A stretch of 64,000 bases of DNA from an uncultured Planctomycetia bacterium (lineage in GTDB: Bacteria; Planctomycetota; Planctomycetia; Pirellulales; S012-138): NCBI GenBank assembly GCA_963809785.1, contig CAWEKV010000002.1, positions 849,748-913,747 of the forward strand, written 5' to 3'. Below, in pieces: positions 57,201 through 64,000 of the stretch. A program made the translations under genes and the position numbers. How positions within the stretch are numbered: position 1 is the stretch's first letter; each line of letters opens with the position of its first letter. The notes under the pieces are model-generated. The model was not told where the DNA came from. It saw only the letters and a program-made list of their open reading frames with translations, and did no database searches.

Positions 57201-57482
57201 GGGAAGACGAGCTTCGATCTGGTGCGGGAGTTTGCCCAGGAGCTGCCGCAAACCACGGCTGCCCACGCCTGGCAGCGGAGCGTATTGTTGTGCAAAGAGG
57301 CCCCCTTGGCGCCAGACCAGGAGCCGCGCGTGTCGCTGGGGACCGGGGCGGGGGCGATGAATGGCAGCCACCCGTTCTTCTGGTCGGGCTACTTGCTGGT
57401 GGACACGGGCCTCGCGCCCCCCAGCGACGGGGCCGCTCCGGTGCCCAAGCCGGCTGCCGTTCGCGCAGCGAATTTTCGCTAG
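54291..57482 (+). CDS. Secreted TPR + CHAT-domain protein 1 (catalytic residues apparently absent)
   Basis: Signal peptide and TPR-like helices; LVIVPDSVLWYLPFEAL, IRYAPT, MAAGSRTVLLSRW and HPFFWSGYLLV. Confidence 0.85.
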   Translation: MQPISEQSGPREAIGRARSRATVQWFIALAALCAAFWCGGTARGKEIPSAEYYSSYQPYYQGRFADAAEAFRDAFALKGVNGRWVDAIPQYAMMGECHYQLGNYPEALDAYAAAMQLYLRFPDFLLRVDWVTSPKAARTPVRIPWGPSDPIERGATVGDYTTSERLVTGHVMNAGKVVIDTRTIKFVNVQEIIRTLAIAIRRYGEIKGPTAKHDRLLGDVITRLAGPATKAGHWSQCLVDVLQGVAARAAGRGGAEGFLRRGRLAAGEYEHPLTAMVLLELGHLALAEGQYDVAGAEFEKATYAAMHFSDRNSPCRQGTPDLLEEAFRCCCIARRLAGDDKPFMLARPAADWARQKGCPALQVSLLLNLAESDAGLRNTASADGHLKIARQLIFGKLRSDAGKSRLGARLHQLEALVRYQQGPNRVAEGDAALANAMDFQRRGSLWLYHIKLADELAVKPPTGLTNQDRLDLYARVLRNPEPTDWKLQPLEALSVLMSAGLRGLPMERWFEAVLQSNRAAGASAVEIADLVRRHRLGSALDLGGRVLSLRWLLESPAEVLDQAAAKERADLLRDYPDYDKMAKQVLELKAELRRVPLVVDPKANRAAADEQSRKLGEIARLSAVQESLLRQIGVDRVYAPVMFPPKRSTKEVRASLAKGQAMLVFFATTATAESPSRFFVFLLTSDKDKEEDKGKYPSWMVAQGVTAFSEATQKLLRDMGHFARDGELRQAQLQSTAWQTKAADIYKHIFTAAASSGASSAIPPEIEELVIVPDSVLWYLPFEALQVSASGQKMQSLISKYRIRYAPTMSLAVPSTVGRRIGGNLAVSVGQLMPRKGEDERAKAAFDELQRVVPSAVALPSPLPERSAVYGTLFDRLLVLDDIDTSAGPLGWRPIRPRLKPEGTASPLGSWLELPWGGPDQVILPGFHTAAEHGLSDKEKNPAGMDVFLSTCGLMAAGSRTVLLSRWRTGGKTSFDLVREFAQELPQTTAAHAWQRSVLLCKEAPLAPDQEPRVSLGTGAGAMNGSHPFFWSGYLLVDTGLAPPSDGAAPVPKPAAVRAANFR

Positions 57483-57496
57483 TGCCGGATGCATAA

Positions 57497-57533
57497 CTCC
57501 CTCTCCCCCGTGGGGAGAGGATTGGGATGAGGC
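57497..57533. repeat. CCCTCTCCC..GGGAGAGG-type palindromic repeat
   Basis: ctccctctcccccgtggggagaggattgggatgagg, between the CHAT paralogs. Confidence 0.7.
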
Positions 57534-57578
57534 GAGCGATTAAGCCACAGTACGTCCTTTGGAACGGAGAGGATCGTC

Positions 57579-60500
57579 ATGTGCTGGCAACTTCTTTTGA
57601 GGGCCATGTCATGTCGGGCGAGTCTGGACCCAGTGGCATGCGCTAAATGGTGGGCCGTGCCCACCCTACTTGTGGCGGCGCTGGCCGTGGAGGCGGGCGC
57701 GCAGATCAAGTCGCCGGCGGGCAAGGCGCCCACGACGGGCAAGGCGCCGACAACGGGCAAGGCGCCAGCAACCGGCAAAACGCCCACCGGCAAAATGCCC
57801 CCCGGCATAGGCATTCCGCTCCCCGTGGGCGGACGCGACAGTTTGCCCGGCGACGACTACTACGTGGCCTATCTTCCCTATCTGGAAGGCCGGTTCGTCG
57901 AGGCCCGCAAGGCCTTCGAGAAGTCGCTGAGTTCGGCGCTGCGCGGGAGCAACGGCCGCTGGGTCGATTCGATCCCGGCCTACGCGATGATCGGCGAATG
58001 CTCCTACCAGTTAGGCAATCACGGCGATGCGATCAAGGCCTATCGAGAGGCCTTCCGCTGGTATTTGGCCTATGACGCCTTCCTGACACGGATGACTTGG
58101 AACGCCGGTGCGCTGCGGGCGCCAGCCACCGTGCCGCGCGTGCCGGGCTTTCCCGAGAAGCGAGTCGGCAAGCTGGCCGAGTTCCCCAAGAGCGAGCCGT
58201 TCGTCCAGGGCTCCTACTACAACATCGGGCGGACCACCGTCGATACGCGGCACATCAAGCTGCTGGACGTGCACGAGGTCGTGAGGACGCTGGCCATCGC
58301 CCTGCGACGCTACGGCGAGCTGCTGGGCCCGCTGGCCGCGGAAGATCCGCTGCTCAAGGACGTCGGCCGACGCCTGGCGAGCAACCCCGGCCAGGCCGAT
58401 CACTGGTCGCGGTCGCTGACGGATATGCTGGCGGGCGTGGCCCAGCGCAGCGGCCGGACGCGACGGCCAGGCCGAGGCCTCGCTGAAAAGCGGCCTGTTG
58501 GCCTATCGCGAATTCGAGCATCCGCTGACCGCGATGGCCCTGCTGGAGTTGGGCCACGTGGCATTGCGGAAGGACAAGCCGGAGGACTTGAAGCAGGCTG
58601 GCGAGTATTTCGAGCTGGCAGCCCATGCCGCGATCCCGTTCTTCGAAGAGAACGCCCCCGGTTGGCTGGGCGTGCCGGACCTGATCGAAGAGGCCTTCCG
58701 TTACGGCGGCATCGCCTACCGGCTGGGCAGTCCCAAGGAGCCCTTCAGCCTGGCCGAGCCGATGGCCGAGTGGGCGGCGCAGCGCCGCCCCAAGCTGACT
58801 CACTTGCACGCTTCACTGCTGCTGGACGCGGCCGAGGGCTACGCCGGCCTGCGACACCCAGCCGGCGAGGCGCGGCAGACGACGCAAGCTGACGGGCTGC
58901 TCAAGCAGGCCCGGCAGGTCCTCTCCGCGGGCCGCGGCGAGCTAGGCGCTGCCCGCATCGGGGCCCGCTTTCATCAGCTCGAAGCGCTCGTCCGTTATCA
59001 GCAGGGCAACGTCGGCGCGGGCGACGCGGCAATCGGCCGGGCGTTGGACTTCCAGATCAAGCGCGGCGGTTCAACGCGGCTGGGGCACGTCGGACTGCTC
59101 GAGCCGGGCCCCACCAGCCTGGTCCCGTGGTTTGCCGCGCTGGCCCCGGTCGATTTGCTCAAGGTCTACGAGGCCGTGTTTCGCGAGCCGACGCCGCGCG
59201 ACTGGCAAGTGGAGCCGCTGGAGTCGTTGTCGGTGCTGACGGCGCCCCACGGTCCGGCGATGGAACGCTGGTTCCGCCAGGCGCTGCGAAGCAATCGCGG
59301 CGGCGGCGTGGCGGGGCTGGAGGTCTCCGAACACATCCGGCGGCACCGCTTCTGCACGGCCCTGGAGCTCGGTGGCCGGCTGCTCTCGCTGCGATGGCTG
59401 CTGGAGACGCCTCGTGATCAGCTCGACGGCGATGCAGCGAAGCAACGGGGCGAGCTGCTCGCGCAATACAAGGATTACGGCGCCCTGGCCCAGCAGGTGG
59501 ACCAGCTCCAGACGCAATTGCAGGCGATGCCGCTGGTGATCGATGCCAAGGACCGCGCAGCCGCCGAGGTCCAGCGGACGAAGCTCACGGAGATCGCCCG
59601 GCTCAGCGGCCAGCAGGAAGTCCTGCTGCGGCAGATGGCCGTAGACCGCGTGTACGCGCCGCTTTTGTTCCCGCCAAAGCGCTCGGTCAAGCAGGTTCAA
59701 GGATCGCTGGCCAAAGGGTGTTCGCTGCTCGTCTTCTTTGCTACGTCGCCCGCCGGAAAAACTCCCGCCGAGCTCTATGCCTTTCTGTTGACCGGCGCTG
59801 GAGCCGACTATCCCTTCTGGACGCTGGCCCAGCCGCCTGGCGGTTTCAACCAGGCCACGCGCAAGCTGCTCCGCGAGCTGGGGCAGTTCGGCCGCGACCG
59901 CCAAGTGCCGCTTGCCGAATTGCAAAAGACCGACTGGCAGGCGCCGGCCGCCGAGATCTTCGAGCAACTGTTCACGGCGAGCCCGAGCGGCACCGCCGGC
60001 ACGCTCGCCGCCGGCATCGAAGAGCTGGTCATCGTCCCCGACTCGGTCTTGTGGTATCTGCCGTTCGAGGCGCTCCAGGTTGCCGACGCCGCGGGCAAGC
60101 GCCAGCCGCTGATCAACAAATATCGCATCCGGTACGCGCGAACCATGTCGCTGGCCGTGCCCGGCAGGCAGGGCCACCAGACGGGCGGCAACCTGGCCGT
60201 TTCGGTCGGGCAACTCATGCCCGGGATCAAGGAAGCGGCACGTGCCCAGGCCGGCTTCGACGACCTGCGCCGCGTAGTGCCCACCGCGGTGCCGCTGCCG
60301 GGAGTTCCCCCGGCACCCTGGTCCGTATATTCGACGCTCTTCGATCGGCTGCTGGTGCTGGATGACATCGATACGTCGGTCGGGCCTCTGACGTTGCGGC
60401 CGATCAAGAGCAAGACGACCGGGTCGGCCGCTCTCTCGTCGCCGTTGGGCGAACGGCTGGGGCCGGCCGGCTCGGACGGCTGGATGAGTCTGCCGTGGGG

Positions 60501-60948
60501 CAGACCATCGCAGGTCATCCTGCCCGGCTTCCACACGGCGGCCGAGCACGCCCTGAGCGAAAAGGAAAAGCACCCCGCCGGCATGGACGTGTTTCTTTCC
60601 ACCTGCGGGCTGATGGCCGGGGGCTCGCGGACGATCCTTCTCAGCCGCTGGCGGACCGGCGGCAAGACGAGCTTCGACCTGGTGCGGGAGTTCGCCCAGG
60701 AGTTGCCGCAATCCAGCGCCGCCCAGGCCTGGCAGCGGAGCGTACTCTTGTGCAAAGAGGCCCCCCTGGCGCCGGACCAGGAGCCGCGCGTTGCCCTGGG
60801 CGAGGGGGGCGGCGCGATGAACGGCAGCCATCCGTTCTTCTGGTCGGGCTACCTGCTGGTGGACACCGGCGTCACGCCGACAGGCGAGGCGCCCGCCGCC
60901 GCGCCCAAAGCGGCTGCTCGCGCGGCGCCCGGGAAAGCGGCGCCCTGA
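57579..60948 (+). CDS. Secreted TPR + CHAT-domain protein 2, paralog of the upstream gene (frameshift near 58460)
   Basis: Colinear with CHAT1 (NGRWVDSIP.YAMIGEC.YQLG ... HPFFWSGYLLVDTG). GKAPTT-type 18-bp repeats follow the signal peptide. Shares the upstream sequence GGAACGGAGAGGA with CHAT1. Confidence 0.85.
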
Positions 60949-60950
60949 CT

Positions 60951-61196
60951 TTACGCCGCGTCTGCCCAGGAGGCCTCGTCGTCGGCGGCCGCCAGCTTGC
61001 CGATGTCCTCGCACACGGCGTGCAGATAGACCTTGATCGAGTGATTCTCGACCGCGCGGATCAGATCGTCCAGCACGGCGACCACGCGTTCGACCTCCCG
61101 CGGATCGATGTCCGCCAGGTGGTCGCTGACGTCGTCCAGGTCGAAGAAGAGTTCGTCGAACACGGCGGGGCTCCTGGAGCTCAAGGCAAAGACCAT
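60951..61196 (-). CDS. Small acidic helical hypothetical protein
   Basis: RBS GGAGGG before the ATG; 81 aa with typical codon usage. Confidence 0.6.
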   Translation of the reverse strand: MVFALSSRSPAVFDELFFDLDDVSDHLADIDPREVERVVAVLDDLIRAVENHSIKVYLHAVCEDIGKLAAADDEASWADAA

Positions 61197-61311
61197 CCCT
61201 CCAGGTATCGGCTGCCGGAGGCGGCACACTCAATCCGAGTGGTTCGATGGCGTCCGACCGAGCGAGCCGTCACGCTGCCACTGGCAGCATCAACCGCGAC
61301 GGCTGCAAACG

Positions 61312-62529
61312 TCACTTCCCTTCGCCCAGCCACGATTGTCCGTAATCCACGTCCTCCAGCCCCAGCACGCCGCGGGCTACTTGCAGCGGGCGGAACGTGT
61401 CGAGCATCACCGCCAGCTCTTTGGTCTCTTTCTTGCCGATCGAGGCCTCGGCCCGCCCCGGGTGCGGACCGTGTGGCAGGCCGCCGGGGTGTACGGTCAG
61501 CGAGCCGTAGCCGATGCCCTTGCGGCTCATGAACTCGTCGTTGGCGTAGTAGATCACCTCGTCGGACATGACGTTGGAGTGGTTATAGGGGGCCGGCACC
61601 GCCTGCGGGTGATAGTCGAATAGCCGCGGCACGAACGAGCACAGCACGTAGCCTTCGGCCTGGAACGTCTGGTGCACCGGCGGCGGCTGGTGCAGCCGGC
61701 CGGTGATCGGCTCGAAGTCGTGGATCGACAGCGCCCAGGGATAGTAGTAGCCGTCCCAGCCGACCACATCCAGCGGATGGTGATCGAGCGTCACCTCCGT
61801 CAGCACGTCGCGCTGTTTGACCACCAGCCGAAACTCTCCCTGGGCGTCGTAGGTCGCTAGCTTCTCGGGCCCGCGGATATCGCGCTCGCAATACGGGCTG
61901 TGCTCGAGGAACTGCCCGCGATCGCTCAAATAGCGGCGAGGCGGCGCGACCTGGCCTCGGCTTTCGACCACCAGCAGCCGCAGCGGAAACTCGCTCACGC
62001 GATAGCGGTGCATGATGCCGCGAGGGATGACCACGTAGTCGCCCCGGCGAAAGGTCAGCTCGCCGAACTCGCTCTCCAGCGCACCGCCGCCGTCGCTGAC
62101 GTAGACGATCTCGTCGGCCTGGCCGTTGCGGTAAAAGTGCTCGTCCGGCCGTTCCCCCTCGCCCTCGTGAAGAGGGCCGCCTTGAGCGGCCTTTGTTGCC
62201 GCCGCTTCAACGTGGACCATCCACAGCACCACGTCGCCGTTGAACAGCGCCGCAGCGCGGTCCAACGTGGGACTCTTGGCCGCCGGCAGCTCGGCCAGGT
62301 GAAAGTGTCGCATCCGCAGCCGCGGATCGGGATCGGCCTCGAGCCGCACCTGCGTCAGCACGCGCGTTTGCACCACGCCGGTGGGCTTGTGGATGTGATA
62401 GAGCAGCGAGGCGGGCCCGGAGAATCCCAAGCTGCCCATCAGGTGCTCGCTGTAGAGCTCGCCGCTGGGCTGGCGAAACACGGTATGCCGCTTTCGCGGC
62501 ACCTCGCCGAGACGATGATAGATCGGCAT
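61312..62529 (-). CDS. hmgA: Homogentisate 1,2-dioxygenase
   Basis: MPIYHRLG.VPRKRH, GFSG.ASLLYH, HPLDVVGWDG, HQPPPVHQTF, PYNHSNV.SDE and HPGGLPHGPHPG (Fe ligands). Confidence 0.95.
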   Translation of the reverse strand: MPIYHRLGEVPRKRHTVFRQPSGELYSEHLMGSLGFSGPASLLYHIHKPTGVVQTRVLTQVRLEADPDPRLRMRHFHLAELPAAKSPTLDRAAALFNGDVVLWMVHVEAAATKAAQGGPLHEGEGERPDEHFYRNGQADEIVYVSDGGGALESEFGELTFRRGDYVVIPRGIMHRYRVSEFPLRLLVVESRGQVAPPRRYLSDRGQFLEHSPYCERDIRGPEKLATYDAQGEFRLVVKQRDVLTEVTLDHHPLDVVGWDGYYYPWALSIHDFEPITGRLHQPPPVHQTFQAEGYVLCSFVPRLFDYHPQAVPAPYNHSNVMSDEVIYYANDEFMSRKGIGYGSLTVHPGGLPHGPHPGRAEASIGKKETKELAVMLDTFRPLQVARGVLGLEDVDYGQSWLGEGK

Positions 62530-62731
62530 GTCGCGATTCCCCCGCAAGTGGTCCGGCCTGGCCACTACAATTCTAGCGGCCAAGGCGAGCGGGGGAATGT
62601 CGCCTGTGCCCCTCCCCGCCGCCAGTCTCGGCAGCGGTCTGGCCCGCGAAGCACTCGTCCCAAACATTTCGGGAGGGGCATGAGAAAGAACCATGAATAG
62701 CACAGCGCGGCGTAGCCGCAACGAAGCAATG

Positions 62732-62806
62732 AAACAGAAGGCAACGAAGCAAACGCAGAATGCGTGGCCAGTCTCTTCCTTCGTTGCCTTCGTTTCCTTC
62801 TGTTCA
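62732..62806. repeat. Inverted AACAGAAGG/AACGAAG 9-mer-period arms
   Basis: aacagaaggcaacgaagcaaacg ... cttcgttgccttcgtttccttctgtt. Confidence 0.75.
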
Positions 62807-62830
62807 ACTGCCTTTTTGAAGCTCAATTCG

Positions 62831-62942
62831 ACGGTCCAGGTCGTTGCCCGCGAACTTCTTGTTTGAACAGGAGGGAACGGAGGAAACAGAGAGCCTCGTG
62901 GCGCATCGGACGACTCTCTGTTGCCTCCGTTCTCTGTTCAAA
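62831..62942. repeat. ~110-bp palindromic MITE-like element, copy 2
   Basis: Reverse-complement match of 21798-21908. Confidence 0.85.
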
Positions 62943-63051
62943 GGTCTTCGCGCGGCGCGACGAATTCGAGTTTGTAGTACGAAGAGCACAGATGAAGAAG
63001 GCAGCACTCGCGTTTTCTATTCGTGTTATTCGTACTATTCGTGGTTGTCCT

Positions 63052-64000
63052 CTATTTCAGTACTTGCAGCACCGCGGCAAAGTCGTCGGTCCAAACCAGC
63101 GGCGGCGGGTCGCCCTCGGTCCAGTCGCTTGCTTCCCCGGCCACGGCGGCTAGAAACTCCTCGTTGTCGGTGATGAGGACCCACACCCCGCCCCGTGCTC
63201 CGTGCGCCGGGTCGTCGCCGCCCAAGACGCGAATCGCCCTGCGCCCCAGGTGCTGCGCGATCCCCCGGGCGACGGGCGTCAGATCCAGCACGTTGTTCGA
63301 AAGGTGCAGCGCGAGCAGCCCCTCGGGCTTGAGGTGGCGAAAATACAGTTCGGCACACTCCGCAGTGAGCAGATGGATGGGGATGGCATCGTTGCGAAAC
63401 GCGTCCACCGCCAGCACGTCGAATCGCCGTGAGCCCTTCTCTTGCAGCTCTTGCTTCAGGCTAAGCCGCGCGTCGCCCAGCACGATCTGGACCTTCGCCC
63501 CGACGCTCTCGGCGTCTTCGAGGAAGGTGAAGTGCCGCCGGCACAAGTCCACGACGGCGGGATTGATTTCATAATAGCGGATGACGTCGCCCCTCTGGGC
63601 GTGGGCGGCGATCGTGCCCGTGCCCAGGCCGATGACGGCGACATGAAGCGCGTGGTTGTCGCTCCGAGTGTCGTTCTCACTCTGAGCGGAGCCAACGGCC
63701 TTGGGTGACACCGCGCGAGATTCTTCGCTGCGCTCAGGATGACGGCCGGTGCGGCGCGGTGGAGGCGCATCGCCAGGTCGATGCCGCTGCCGCGGCCGAA
63801 GTAGAGCGTGGGCCAGCGGCGCTGCTCGTCGCCGAGGTATTGCCGGCCGTGGTCGATGCGGCCGTGTACCATGCGGCGGTAAGGGCCGACGGCGTCGCTC
63901 CCTTCGACGATCCGTAGCACGCCGTAGAAGTTGCGCACCGCGTGCGTGGCGTTGAGCTGGCCGTAGTACATCTCGCCCGCCAGGACGACGACGAGCGTCA
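63052..64000 (-). CDS. Fused MFS/spermidine synthase-like SAM-dependent protein, C-terminal part (partial; frameshift near 63660-63710)
   Basis: RNFYGVL, HGRIDHGRQ, VIGLGTGTIA, YEINPAV, LGDARLSL, DVLAVDAF..DAIPIHLLT and WTDDF. Confidence 0.9.
   Translation of the reverse strand, partial: DARRRPGGRDVLRPAQRHARGAQLLRRATDRRRERRRRPLPPHGTRPHRPRPAIPRRRAAPLAHALLRPRQRHRPGDAPPPRRTGRHPERSEESRAVSPKAVGSAQSENDTRSDNHALHVAVIGLGTGTIAAHAQRGDVIRYYEINPAVVDLCRRHFTFLEDAESVGAKVQIVLGDARLSLKQELQEKGSRRFDVLAVDAFRNDAIPIHLLTAECAELYFRHLKPEGLLALHLSNNVLDLTPVARGIAQHLGRRAIRVLGGDDPAHGARGGVWVLITDNEEFLAAVAGEASDWTEGDPPPLVWTDDFAAVLQVLK

Noticed and set aside
54291..60948. Diversity-generating retroelement template/variable repeat pair in the CHAT paralogs
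   Set aside because: The differences are mostly synonymous and not adenine-specific, and no reverse transcriptase is present.

Overview
High-GC bacterial DNA that looks like Planctomycetota (Pirellulales-like). This is inferred from gene content: a DUF1549-like segment, an ECF/Ser-Thr kinase pair and a MoxR/vWA/prenyltransferase-repeat cluster. Many genes carry single-base frameshifts, most likely uncorrected assembly errors. From left to right: a probable genomic-island end (DNA ligase remnant, a Zn-finger + Hint protein, the displaced 3' end of lepA); housekeeping genes (glyA, tmk, hisC, mnmG); a heme-sensor Ser/Thr kinase with an ECF sigma; an XPB-like helicase with DUF790; GH13, CocE, PmoA-like and serine hydrolases; tRNA-His; an OFA-type MFS transporter; a ~29 kb co-oriented envelope cluster; hmgA; and a partial spermidine-synthase-like gene. 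The envelope cluster encodes a beta-propeller protein, a prenyltransferase-repeat protein, BatA/vWA proteins, a giant coiled-coil protein, MoxR, DUF58 and two apparently inactive CHAT proteins, and is interrupted by a RAYT-like HUH transposase. The most striking non-gene signal is a dense set of palindromic repeats: several REP/REPIN-like families, and inverted arrays of tandem 7-9-mers. Many copies sit in frame inside protein-coding genes or supply stop codons. All family assignments come from motif recognition by eye; no searches were run.
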